A stretch of 64,000 nucleotides of DNA, from the IMG/VR virus record IMGVR_UViG_3300029297_000290. One strand, written 5' to 3'. A model generated the notes under the pieces. The model made no database searches, had not been told where the DNA came from, and saw only the letters and a program-made list of their open reading frames with translations. A program made the translations under genes and the position numbers. Source of the stretch: an uncultured virus (IMG/VR IMGVR_UViG_3300029297_000290). Taxonomy: Duplodnaviria; Heunggongvirae; Uroviricota; Caudoviricetes. Positions 36,345 to 45,699 of the stretch are shown one piece after another (the stretch's first letter is position 1; the number at the start of each line of letters is the position of its first letter).

Positions 36345-36413
36345 TGCTTTTAGGAGCTGTTGACTCAGCTCTATCTTTTGGATAGCGTTGCCTGTGAAGG
36401 TAGCGCTTTTTTT
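36345..36413 (+). ncRNA. Candidate trans-acting sRNA (~70 nt)
   Basis: TTTG-N20-TAATTTTG promoter 36310-36341; 5' TGCTTTTAGG; terminator AGCGTTGCCT-GTGA-AGGTAGCGCT-T tract. Confidence 0.6.
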
Positions 36414-36422
36414 GTTTAAAAA

Positions 36423-36455
36423 TATTTGAAATTTAAATACTTTTTATTAACTTTG
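36423..36455 (+). promoter_or_regulatory. Conserved phage promoter upstream of packaging genes
   Basis: TATTTGAAATTTAAATACTTTTTATTAACTTTG. Confidence 0.7.
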
Positions 36456-36492
36456 AACTATATTATCTATCTTTAATTCAGAAGGTATAGCA

Positions 36493-36696
36493 GTGCTAAA
36501 AATCAATATCTCAAACAATGGAAAGCATTGGGATAAGAAGGTCAGTATTTTCGGCATCCCGATATACCATCGCCACGACTATACCGCAGAGCCGGAAAGA
36601 AAGACCGTAGGGTTCAACTGCCTTCCGTCCGACCTGGTAGAGATAGATGATGATTGTTTTCCTGAAGAAAAGCAACATAAGAATCAAAACAAATAA
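36493..36696 (+). CDS. Hypothetical protein
   Basis: 67 aa, SIFGIPIY motif. Confidence 0.5.
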   Translation: MLKINISNNGKHWDKKVSIFGIPIYHRHDYTAEPERKTVGFNCLPSDLVEIDDDCFPEEKQHKNQNK

Positions 36697-36777
36697 GGAT
36701 TTCCAGGCTCCAGGGAGTCTGTTTACTCGGGTGTTGGATTCGGTTATCAGCGAGAAAAATTAAAAATAACAGCGAGA

Positions 36778-37206
36778 ATGAATCAAAAAAATATAGAACC
36801 GCATCAATTCAAGAAGGGTCAATCCGGCAACCCGAAAGGTCGTCCTGTGAATAGGGCAGACAGATATGTCGAGAAGAAGTTCGGGAAGAAAAGATTGAGG
36901 GAATTGAAGAATGAATGTTCAGCCGCTGAAATAAACTCGGCGGAACAGTATGTATTGCACATGAGCAAGCCGGAGATAGAGTCTGTCAAAGATGACGAGG
37001 AAGCCCCCAATTACTTCAGGAGTCTGTGTAATTCAAGCGTGACAGACTTCTCAGTAGGCAGGACAACAACAGTTGACAGGCTTCGCGACCGTCAATACGG
37101 AAGCGTGACGCAGGATGTCAACGTTTCCGGAGAGGTGGGCTTCATGAGCATACTACGCGAGAACGGAATCATAGATGAAGAGGGAAACCTCACCGAAGGA
37201 GAATAA
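36778..37206 (+). CDS. Terminase small subunit-like (DUF5681 N-terminus)
   Basis: HQFKKGQSGNPKGRP. Confidence 0.75.
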   Translation: MNQKNIEPHQFKKGQSGNPKGRPVNRADRYVEKKFGKKRLRELKNECSAAEINSAEQYVLHMSKPEIESVKDDEEAPNYFRSLCNSSVTDFSVGRTTTVDRLRDRQYGSVTQDVNVSGEVGFMSILRENGIIDEEGNLTEGE

Positions 37207-37218
37207 GGCAATCAATGT

Positions 37219-37710
37219 ATGGCGAAGGGGAGCGGAAATACAAGATGTTCATCACATGGTGGGAATCCTTATCATGTCAATGGAGTACGCAAGGAATATT
37301 GGGAGTTGCCTCAATCTCAGCAGCGCACAGTGCAATCCCTGATGAAGACCTATAGCAAGGGGATGAGGGATAATCTTCGCGAGAAAACAGTTATGATGAA
37401 ATCTGACGGTAAAGAAATTCAAGTTGGATTTAATCGAGAAGGTTGCGACCACCTTGTAAGGGATGCTATGATGAAGTTGAGTGGTAAATATTTTAGTAAG
37501 AACTCCCTTTATAATTTTGATAGAATATTGGAGAAAGCGGTAGAATTACCATCATCACATGCGTTATACAAGGAACGGCATGATGGGAAGACCAAATTCT
37601 TTAAGTATACTGACAATGAGGGGCGAGGGGTAATTATTAAAGTTGCTTATAATCCCACGGCAGGTGATAAGAAACGTTACTTTCCATACTCACTTGATGA
37701 TATTTCATAA
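37219..37710 (+). CDS. MAKGSG-leader protein with BECR-fold (LPD3-like) putative RNase domain
   Basis: N-terminal MAKGSGNTR; IQVGFNREGCDHL...FFKY...VIIKV...YFPYSL pattern. Confidence 0.55.
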   Translation: MAKGSGNTRCSSHGGNPYHVNGVRKEYWELPQSQQRTVQSLMKTYSKGMRDNLREKTVMMKSDGKEIQVGFNREGCDHLVRDAMMKLSGKYFSKNSLYNFDRILEKAVELPSSHALYKERHDGKTKFFKYTDNEGRGVIIKVAYNPTAGDKKRYFPYSLDDIS

Positions 37711-37851
37711 AAAAAGGCTCGGTCCGCCACTTCCGCATAGCGAGCGGAGGGAAGCCGAGCGAGGGATAGCAACCGCCGGAAGCACTTCTTTTGAAGCATC
37801 TGGATCGGAAATACACTATCTAACGAGATAACTCCTTTGATTGCAAAATTA
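37711..37851 (-). ncRNA. Candidate sRNA convergent on the RNase-like gene
   Basis: Leftward TAATTTTG at 37844-37851; stem GCTCGGT/GCCGAGC 37717-37760 and U tract at the gene stop. Confidence 0.45.
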
Positions 37852-37877
37852 ATAAGAAATCCTCAACAATAAAAATA

Positions 37878-38639
37878 ATGTTCAACGAATTATCCAGATA
37901 CGACGATTATATCCCCGACTGTCTATTCCCGACAGACAATCAGATGGAGATACCGACCTTGCGGCTCGATGTTCAGCCAAGGTTGGTGGAGATACCGGCA
38001 TATTGCTTCGGGGAGCAAAAACGAACCACCAATATGTATGGTCACGGCATATTGCACTTCTATACCGATGACTACCGCTGGCAATCCGTCTATAAGCACC
38101 CTGAGAAGATATTGAAATACAATCCCGGTTCAATCGTTGAACCTAACTATTCGCTTTTCAATGAAACGCCGATGGCTTTCGGCTTGCAGGGTATCTATAA
38201 GAAACGGTGGATAGGCAGACAGATGCAGGAGCGCGGTATCGGAGTGTTCGTTGACCTGAATGTTGCCAATAAGTTCTATGCCGCTAATCTTTTCGGTGTC
38301 CCTAAAGGCTACGGAGCGTTCTGCACTCGTGGATATTCCGACCGCATTCCGGCTTTGGAATATGAATATATGATTGCTCAGAGGGTGGCTGATGGCAATA
38401 GGATGACCTTCGTGGTTTATGGAGGTGGCGAGGATGTAAAGGCTTGGTGTCGCGACCACGGCTGCGTCTACATCACGCCAATCGTATCAATCAAGAGCAA
38501 GCTCAAAGCAATAGAGAGGATGAAGGAGAATGTCGCATCGTTCGACAATGCGTCACTTATCGAGTCTTTACCTGTAAAACAATTCCCGACCGCGAAGGAA
38601 CTTTATGCGAAACAAGTAATAGATTTTAACAACCAATAA
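37878..38639 (+). CDS. DUF4417-like protein
   Basis: LHFYTDDYRW...VEPNYSLF...IYKKRWIGRQMQERGI. Confidence 0.75.
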   Translation: MFNELSRYDDYIPDCLFPTDNQMEIPTLRLDVQPRLVEIPAYCFGEQKRTTNMYGHGILHFYTDDYRWQSVYKHPEKILKYNPGSIVEPNYSLFNETPMAFGLQGIYKKRWIGRQMQERGIGVFVDLNVANKFYAANLFGVPKGYGAFCTRGYSDRIPALEYEYMIAQRVADGNRMTFVVYGGGEDVKAWCRDHGCVYITPIVSIKSKLKAIERMKENVASFDNASLIESLPVKQFPTAKELYAKQVIDFNNQ

Positions 38640-38654
38640 AATATTGGATGATAC

Positions 38655-40208
38655 ATGGTCATGTTCGATTCGCTCAAAGATGAAAAATTATTCATAGCAT
38701 ATCACCGGCTCATAACCCTTTGGAAAGAGGACTGGAACCGCTTTGTCAGGGATGCTCTTGGCGCAACTCTCGACCGCGAGCAACAGCAGATAATATCCTC
38801 TGTCCAATTCAACCCACGTACCTCCGTGGCTTCCGGCACATCACGGGGAAAGGACTTCGTGGCGGCATGTGCGGCACTCAGTTTCCTTTATCTTACCCCG
38901 CGATGGAACACGAGGGGTGAGCTTGTGCAGAATACCAAGATAGCACTCACAGCACCGACAGACAGACAGGTCAAGATAATCATGATGCCGGAGATCTCCC
39001 GGCTATGGAACCGGGCGAAGACACGCGTCCCCGGATGGATGGGGCGGCTTAATTCCTTCAGCATCCGGTTTGACAATGACGAATGGTTCCTTGCCGGATT
39101 CAAAGCTGATGAAAATAACCATGAGGCGTGGTCGGGATTCCATGCCGTCAACACCATGTTTGTCGTCACCGAGGCTTCCGGTATGTCAGAGAACATCTTC
39201 TCGGCGATAGAGGGCAACCTTCAGAATAACTCCCGGATCCTGATAGTCTTCAATCCCAACACCACTACCGGATATGCAGCCAAGAGCCAGAAGGAAAGTC
39301 GATGGGCGAAGTTCAAGCTCAATTCGCTTAATGCGGAGAATGTTATCCGCAAGAAGGTGATTTACCCCGGACAGGTGGACTACGAATGGGTGAAGGATAA
39401 GGTTGACCTTTGGTGTTCGCCGATTCAGAAATCAGACTTCAATGAAGGTGAGGGGGATTTTGAATGGGAAGGGAGATATTACCGACCTAATGACCTTTTC
39501 CGCATCAAGGTGCTCGGCATGTTCCCGAAGGTCTCCAGCGATGTTCTGATTCCTTACGAGTGGATAGAACTTGCCAACAGACGATGGGAGGAATACCGCC
39601 GTGAGGGATTCAAGACCGCGAAATCATGTCGCCTTGGAATTGATGTGGCGGGTATGGGTAGAGATAGTAGCGTTCTCATCCCGCGCTTCGGCAGTTATGT
39701 CCCGGAGATCATCAGTCACCACTCGGCAGGTCAGGCAGACCACATGAAGGTGGCGGGTATGGCTGTGCAATATCTCCGCTATAAGGGATGCAAAGCGTTT
39801 GTAGATACCATCGGCGAGGGTGCCGGAGTCTGGGCGCGATTGAGAGAACAGGGATGGAAGAATGCATTCTCATGTAAATTCTCCGCCGGAGCGAGAGAAC
39901 TTCACGATGTAACCGGACAATACACATTTGCCAATATGAAGGCATATCTCTATTGGGCGGTTCGTGATTGGCTCGATCCCAAAAATAATAACCTTCCGGC
40001 ATTTCCACCGGATGACCGATTCATGGAGGAGGCTACCGAAATCAAATATTTCTTCCAAAGTAACGGTGCGATAGCGATGGAGAAGAAGGAGGAGACAGCC
40101 AAGAGACTGAGGAGATCACCGGACACCTTCGATGCCCTTGCAAACACATTCTATCCATACAATCTTAGCATTTTGTCAGATGAAGCATTGCTAAATGCAG
40201 GACTATAA
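38655..40208 (+). CDS. terL: Terminase large subunit
   Basis: VASGTSRGKD, VVTEASG, FNP, LGIDVAGMGRDSS, VDTIGEG, SPDTFDALA. Confidence 0.92.
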   Translation: MVMFDSLKDEKLFIAYHRLITLWKEDWNRFVRDALGATLDREQQQIISSVQFNPRTSVASGTSRGKDFVAACAALSFLYLTPRWNTRGELVQNTKIALTAPTDRQVKIIMMPEISRLWNRAKTRVPGWMGRLNSFSIRFDNDEWFLAGFKADENNHEAWSGFHAVNTMFVVTEASGMSENIFSAIEGNLQNNSRILIVFNPNTTTGYAAKSQKESRWAKFKLNSLNAENVIRKKVIYPGQVDYEWVKDKVDLWCSPIQKSDFNEGEGDFEWEGRYYRPNDLFRIKVLGMFPKVSSDVLIPYEWIELANRRWEEYRREGFKTAKSCRLGIDVAGMGRDSSVLIPRFGSYVPEIISHHSAGQADHMKVAGMAVQYLRYKGCKAFVDTIGEGAGVWARLREQGWKNAFSCKFSAGARELHDVTGQYTFANMKAYLYWAVRDWLDPKNNNLPAFPPDDRFMEEATEIKYFFQSNGAIAMEKKEETAKRLRRSPDTFDALANTFYPYNLSILSDEALLNAGL

Positions 40209-40225
40209 TTTTTTTATTTAAAATA

Positions 40226-40258
40226 TATTTGAATTTTAAATACTTTTTAATATCTTTG
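40226..40258 (+). promoter_or_regulatory. Conserved phage promoter upstream of head operon
   Basis: TATTTGAATTTTAAATACTTTTTAATATCTTTG. Confidence 0.7.
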
Positions 40259-40341
40259 CAAAACGAAATCTAAAAGTTCGGGACAATCACAAATTGTCTC
40301 ATGTACAGAATATTCTTACTACTACTACTTATTTCATTATA

Positions 40342-41055
40342 ATGAACAAGAGACAACGTAAAGTTTTACAGATGTTGAAACCGAAAGTGAAGGCGCTCGG
40401 GTTCAACGAAAAGGAGCTGAAGAGTGTCGCTGCCAAGATTGCCGACAATCTGACCTCCGAAGAAGATGCCTCAGATGAGGATGTCAACGCAGAGATTGAA
40501 ACATCCATTGAAGCGGTGCTCCCATACCTTGTTCTCGGTCAGTCATACGCCAACCGCGTGATCAACGACTCCAAAAAGAACGTGAACGAGGAAGATGATG
40601 ACGACGATGAGGAGGATGATGAGGAAGAAGTCATCGTGAAATCAAAGTCCAAGTCAAAAAAATCCAAAGCAAAAGACAGCAAATTTGATGAACTCACGGA
40701 GCTTATCAAAACCCTTACGGAGAGTAACAAGGCTCTTGCCTCGGACATTGCCTCCATCAAGGGAGAGAAAGTGACGAATACCCGTCGTGAAAAGCTGGAG
40801 ACTCTTCTGAAGGGAACAGGCTCATTCGGCAAGGGGATTCTCCGCAGCTTCGACAAGCTCTCATTTAAGGATGAGGACGAGTTCAATGATTTCCTGACGG
40901 AAGCGGAGGAGGATTTGAAAACCTTCAACCAGGAACGTGCCAACGCCGGACTGGAGCTTCTCGGAGCACCGGGTACCGGAGGAAGTACGAAAGGAAAGAA
41001 GGATGAACCCAAAGTTTTATCAGAGGATGAGATCAAGGCAATAGCCGCCATGTGA
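40342..41055 (+). CDS. Capsid scaffolding protein
   Basis: Charged, acidic run, helical; position before decoration/capsid genes. Confidence 0.7.
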   Translation: MNKRQRKVLQMLKPKVKALGFNEKELKSVAAKIADNLTSEEDASDEDVNAEIETSIEAVLPYLVLGQSYANRVINDSKKNVNEEDDDDDEEDDEEEVIVKSKSKSKKSKAKDSKFDELTELIKTLTESNKALASDIASIKGEKVTNTRREKLETLLKGTGSFGKGILRSFDKLSFKDEDEFNDFLTEAEEDLKTFNQERANAGLELLGAPGTGGSTKGKKDEPKVLSEDEIKAIAAM

Positions 41056-41080
41056 TCACCTTGCAAATTCAAGCAATTAA

Positions 41081-41479
41081 ATGGGAGCAATCGCAGATTT
41101 AACAGAGAAGGGCGCAGTCTATTCCGACGGCATGGATTCCATCGTGATACGTCGCTGCGGTGCATGCCTTATCGGCGGATGCACACTCGACATGACCGGA
41201 TTCCCGGACGATACCGTTCGTGCCGGACATTTCGTGATTCATGAGACAATCACCGACACCTACAAGCCTCTTGGCGTTAAGGATGGTGCATACGTCGCAA
41301 TTCCAGAAGGTCACACCTATGAGGGTGTTGTGCTTGCATCAAAGTCAGCGAAGCAGCCGTTTGTGTCAGTGATGTATGAGGGAGAGGTCAATGATCTTGC
41401 ATCGCCATACCCCGTGACCGACACTATCAAAGAGGCGCTAAAGACAACCCTTCCGGGTCTTTATTTCAAACACGACTAA
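41081..41479 (+). CDS. Head decoration / minor capsid protein
   Basis: 132 aa beta-rich protein between scaffold and capsid. Confidence 0.65.
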   Translation: MGAIADLTEKGAVYSDGMDSIVIRRCGACLIGGCTLDMTGFPDDTVRAGHFVIHETITDTYKPLGVKDGAYVAIPEGHTYEGVVLASKSAKQPFVSVMYEGEVNDLASPYPVTDTIKEALKTTLPGLYFKHD

Positions 41480-41494
41480 AAATCAAAACAGATT

Positions 41495-42850
41495 ATGGCA
41501 CAGCCTTCAATTTTTCAAAAATTCATCGAGCAGTTCATGCCGGTTCTCGGACTTTATATCACCGAGAAAGTCAACGGCAAGAGTGAACGCGAGAGGACAT
41601 ATCTTTTCAAACAACGTCTGACCCCGGTTTACTCTCCCGATCAGAAATGGGAGGGAACCTCGGCAAACACACGCTACGTTGCCGCAGACTATGTGGCACT
41701 CGACTCGCCGCTTCCCCTCAAACGTCGCAGTCAGATCTCCTCATCCAACGGCAAGCTGCCGAAGATCGGCATGAGAAAGGTGCTCAACGAGACTGACATT
41801 AATAGCATCAACATCATGGAGGGACAACTCTCCCAGATAAAGGATCCGGAAAGCTCGGCATACGTCCAGAAGAAGCGTCAGATTATCAAGAAACTCGCCG
41901 ACGACCCGACCGCCTGCGCCATCGGTCTCGATGAGCTTAATGAGTTCGCATACCAGTATGGTATCTCCAACGGCATCGTTCTCGTCAAAGGTGATCCGAA
42001 CGATGGTAATACTGGAATTGGTATGCGCGTAGATTATGGCTACAAGGATTCCAACATCTTCCGCACGGAGACCCCAGAGGATTGCACTGGTGATGATTTT
42101 CAGCGCATCGTTGACAAGGCTAACGCCGATGGCAATTCTATAGCCGTTGCGATGATCTCCAAGTGGAGACTTGACCGCATACGCCGCACACGTTGGGCGC
42201 GTGAGCTTGCCGCCGATTACAAGGAGCAGACCTACACCGACACTACAAAACTCCCCGTCCCCTCTGTCAAGACCTTCTCCGAAGCCTTTGAGAACGAGTA
42301 TGGATTTGGCTTCATCGTGGTCAATCGCACCATTCTTCAGGAGAAGAATGGCAAGGACATTCCTGTTAAGCCGTTCAACCAAGATCGCGTTGTTTTCCTT
42401 CCAAATGCTGATAAGGATGGTTCGCTCGTTTACGGTACTCTTGCCGAAATGACCCATCCGGCGAAGCATGTGGAGTATTCCACCGTTGACGAGTACAAGC
42501 TCATTTCTCGCCTGTGTGTCACGGAGCCTTCACTTACCGAAGTAACGAAGGGACAGGCTCTTGTCCTTCCGGTGATAGAGGATGTAGACGCAATCTATGT
42601 TCTTGACTTCTCTAAGGCTGTGGAGCTTGACCCCTCCGATGCGACCGATGAGGGAGCGGTAGATACCAACATCACCATCTCCGGCACACAGTATCAGAAG
42701 GCAGCTGTGATCAAAGCTCTCAATGACATGGGAGCAAACGTGAAGGCATCAGCTAAGGATGCTGCGGTCATTAAGGCTATTAATGCCCTCAGCGACGAGG
42801 ATACCGCCAAACTGATGGAGGCTATCAAGGACTCAAAAGCATCCGTGTGA
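41495..42850 (+). CDS. Major capsid protein
   Basis: 451 aa; VAADYVALDSPLPLKRR...GKLPKIG pattern of Bacteroidetes phage capsids; synteny. Confidence 0.85.
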   Translation: MAQPSIFQKFIEQFMPVLGLYITEKVNGKSERERTYLFKQRLTPVYSPDQKWEGTSANTRYVAADYVALDSPLPLKRRSQISSSNGKLPKIGMRKVLNETDINSINIMEGQLSQIKDPESSAYVQKKRQIIKKLADDPTACAIGLDELNEFAYQYGISNGIVLVKGDPNDGNTGIGMRVDYGYKDSNIFRTETPEDCTGDDFQRIVDKANADGNSIAVAMISKWRLDRIRRTRWARELAADYKEQTYTDTTKLPVPSVKTFSEAFENEYGFGFIVVNRTILQEKNGKDIPVKPFNQDRVVFLPNADKDGSLVYGTLAEMTHPAKHVEYSTVDEYKLISRLCVTEPSLTEVTKGQALVLPVIEDVDAIYVLDFSKAVELDPSDATDEGAVDTNITISGTQYQKAAVIKALNDMGANVKASAKDAAVIKAINALSDEDTAKLMEAIKDSKASV

Positions 42851-42897
42851 TAATCATATAAAGGATCTAAATAGTTATTGTTGTTTTTTTGAGAATT

Positions 42898-43248
42898 ATG
42901 AAGACAATCAGTCAAGCATTGAAAGATGAGATCCATTATCCGTTGGGCGATGGATTCATCGAGAACAAACTTTTATCGCGAGGTCTCAACGGGGAAGAGA
43001 TTATCACAGCCGAAATAATGGCAGAAAAGTCGTTCAAAGGTGCTGTGGCTGATTGTCTCATATCTCTTATTGAAGCACCTAACTTCTCGGAATCCGACAT
43101 ATCGGTTTCACTCAGCAGCGCAGACAAAGAACATATCCTCAAACGAGCCAACCGCCTCTATGCCGCCATCGGGGAGGAAGAGAAGGTCATTTCTGACCAA
43201 CCGAAGGTGCGCATAGGGTTCCCGAATACCCGCTATGTCCGTCATTAA
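42898..43248 (+). CDS. Head-tail connector (DUF6706-like)
   Basis: APNFSESDISVS; position after capsid. Confidence 0.65.
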   Translation: MKTISQALKDEIHYPLGDGFIENKLLSRGLNGEEIITAEIMAEKSFKGAVADCLISLIEAPNFSESDISVSLSSADKEHILKRANRLYAAIGEEEKVISDQPKVRIGFPNTRYVRH

Positions 43249-43561
43249 TTTAAAGCCACACTATCTCCGGTGGCTGACCATTTCCGGAGGCTATGAAGAT
43301 GATAATGGTGACTGGCATCCGGGAGAGGAAGAGTGGAGCGAACCGATGGGGTGTCACGCAGTCCCGGCAGGACAAGCCAACATCATCACGTACGCCGACG
43401 GAACGACCGCCACCTATTCATTCACCATCGGAAGACTCCGCCCCGATTGCCGTGAATTTATGGTAGGGGAGAGGATTCTTCTGAATATCGATGACAAAGA
43501 GAGGGAGTTTCATGTCAAGGGATTCCACCGTTGGCAATTGCAATCAAAGATATGGGTGTAG
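43235..43561 (+). CDS. Head closure protein
   Basis: GGYEDDNGDW...VKGFHRWQL; synteny. Confidence 0.6.
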   Translation: MSVINLKPHYLRWLTISGGYEDDNGDWHPGEEEWSEPMGCHAVPAGQANIITYADGTTATYSFTIGRLRPDCREFMVGERILLNIDDKEREFHVKGFHRWQLQSKIWV

Positions 43562-44034
43562 AATGCACAAATCCGCAAGGGTTTCTTGACAACCTTTTTG
43601 CGAGGATGCAGGAAATCATCAGAGAGGAGTTCATAAGAGCCTTTTCCTATCTTGGGGAGCAATGTATCAGAAAGGTCAGAGATAGACCTGGAGATGCAAG
43701 CTGGTTTGATCAGACGGGTAATCTTAGAAGTTCAATCGGCTACGGAGTGTTTGAGGATGGTCGCAAGACTATTCAATCAGCGTTTGAATCGGTCCTGAAA
43801 GGGGCGCAAGGTTCAGCCATCGGCAGAAAGGAGCTTGATAAATTGGCGGGCATGTATTCCGACACCTTCGCACTTGTAGTGATTGCCGGAATGGAGTATG
43901 CCGATTATGTTGAGGCTATGAACAACAAGGATGTTCTTGCAACCACCGAGATATGGGCGCGACGCGAAATGAGCAGATATGTAATCATGGCGATTACGAG
44001 AGCAGAAAGACGAATCAATAAACTCATTATTTGA
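43552..44034 (+). CDS. Neck protein (HK97 gp10-like)
   Basis: DQTGNLRSSIGY...AGMEYADYVE. Confidence 0.75.
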   Translation: MGVECTNPQGFLDNLFARMQEIIREEFIRAFSYLGEQCIRKVRDRPGDASWFDQTGNLRSSIGYGVFEDGRKTIQSAFESVLKGAQGSAIGRKELDKLAGMYSDTFALVVIAGMEYADYVEAMNNKDVLATTEIWARREMSRYVIMAITRAERRINKLII

Positions 44035-44037
44035 CAC

Positions 44038-44433
44038 ATGGTGAACGAATTTGACATATTGGGTGATGTCTACCACTATCTGAAAGACTCCGAGCTTGCC
44101 AAAGTCGTCACAGGTCAGGTAAGCAAGACCGGACGAAAGACAGATAAGGAAGACATTTGTATATCGGTTCTTTCGGATGTTCCTATTTCGCAATTGCAGG
44201 AAGCCTTTGTTAATGTCAACATCTATGTCGCAGACCTCCCGGATGGCAAAGGTGCATACATTGAAGACACAATAAGACTAAAGAAGATTTGTGCGCTTGC
44301 ACTGCAAACCCTAAAGGTTGGCAGTGGGGAAGGTTTTAGAATCTCCCTATCAACGCAGAAGACTTTCAAGGTGGAAGGTGCAAACGAACATTTCATCAAT
44401 AATAAGATTTTATATCAATTTTGTAACGATTAA
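44038..44433 (+). CDS. Tail terminator protein
   Basis: VNVNIYVADL; synteny. Confidence 0.6.
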   Translation: MVNEFDILGDVYHYLKDSELAKVVTGQVSKTGRKTDKEDICISVLSDVPISQLQEAFVNVNIYVADLPDGKGAYIEDTIRLKKICALALQTLKVGSGEGFRISLSTQKTFKVEGANEHFINNKILYQFCND

Positions 44434-44445
44434 AGAATCAAGACT

Positions 44446-44964
44446 ATGATACAACTGATGTGGGGCGAGGCGTTGGCTGCCATTGCTAAGAAAAAGGCTG
44501 ACGGTTCTTACGATGCCTTCCAGAAACTCCCCAAGTGTGTGGAAAATGCACTCCAGCTCAATACCACAAAGGGTGAGAAGAAAGAAGCCAAGGTGGAAGG
44601 TGGAGGAATTGAAGCTATAAAATATAATGCAAATGCTTACTCCCTTGCAATGTCTTTCCGCCGGGGACTTGTTGACGGCAAGATGCGCACTTTCCCATTC
44701 GATGCCGATGAGGTTGACGGTGTGGTTGATGGCGTTTACTATCTTCGCGTCCAGCCGGAAGATAAGGCTTCAGGAGGTCTTTCAGTTAAGGAGGTGGTAA
44801 TATCCACAGAAGACACCTACACAACAGCTGAAGGTGCCATCAAGGTTGTGACATTCGACTTCATCAAGCCGGAAGGGGAAGATGAGAATGGCAAGAAGAT
44901 TCCGACAATCAATTGGGATCCTATACCCGACCTTACTGCCGCCGTTCCTACACCCGCTACCTGA
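44446..44964 (+). CDS. Major tail protein
   Basis: LQLNTTKGEKKEAKVEGG; synteny. Confidence 0.7.
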   Translation: MIQLMWGEALAAIAKKKADGSYDAFQKLPKCVENALQLNTTKGEKKEAKVEGGGIEAIKYNANAYSLAMSFRRGLVDGKMRTFPFDADEVDGVVDGVYYLRVQPEDKASGGLSVKEVVISTEDTYTTAEGAIKVVTFDFIKPEGEDENGKKIPTINWDPIPDLTAAVPTPAT

Positions 44965-44970
44965 TAAAAG

Positions 44971-45681
44971 ATGCTCACTAAGGAAAATCTGAACGAGACT
45001 CTCGCGGATGCGGTCATGGATCGACCGCGGGAGTTTCGCATAGATGACCGGAGATTCCTACTCTGGTCTCCGACCTTGGGAATGTCGCTCATGCTCTCAC
45101 GGCACTTGTCAGGACTTGAAATCAACAGGGCTCTGATGGCGAAAGACCCGACAATGGAGATTCTGAGGCTCGCGACCACCAATAAGGAGAAGTGCTGCCA
45201 CATCCTTGCAATCCACACCTTCCGGAGGTGTCGGCATCTGACAAACTCAGAACTAATCAAGCAGAGAGCCGGGTTTTTCAGAGACCATCTGGAGACCAAG
45301 GAACTCGCCCAGCTTCTTCACATGATTTTCATGGAGCCGGATGCCGATAGCCTGATCACTCTTTCCGGACTCCGGGAGCAGCAGGAGAAACAGGCGCAGA
45401 TTGCCAAGGTCAAGAGGGAAAAGAACCGGACAATGACCTTCGGAGGACTTACGATGTATGGTGCTCTTATCGCTCCGGCAATGTCGGCTCTCAACATGAC
45501 AATGCATCAGGTCGTGTGGGAGATAAGCCTTACAAACCTAAAGATGCTTCTTGCTGATACCGTCTCCACCGTCTATTTGTCGGAAGAAGAGGTAAAAGCA
45601 ATCAATGCCGAAGCATCAAAAGAAAAATATGGAATGACTCCCGAAGATATTGCCAAGCTGAAGGCGATGGATTGGGATTAA
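44971..45681 (+). CDS. Tail assembly chaperone
   Basis: Between major tail and tape measure genes. Confidence 0.6.
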   Translation: MLTKENLNETLADAVMDRPREFRIDDRRFLLWSPTLGMSLMLSRHLSGLEINRALMAKDPTMEILRLATTNKEKCCHILAIHTFRRCRHLTNSELIKQRAGFFRDHLETKELAQLLHMIFMEPDADSLITLSGLREQQEKQAQIAKVKREKNRTMTFGGLTMYGALIAPAMSALNMTMHQVVWEISLTNLKMLLADTVSTVYLSEEEVKAINAEASKEKYGMTPEDIAKLKAMDWD

Positions 45682-45699
45682 CAAACTAATGAATTAACC

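Noticed and set aside
40539..42469. Long antisense ORFs (208 and 242 aa) opposite scaffold and capsid
   Set aside because: Typical antisense shadows caused by codon bias; no motifs
44971..45681. Programmed -1 frameshift in tail chaperone
   Set aside because: A single ORF already spans to the tape measure gene; no second-frame ORF needs explaining
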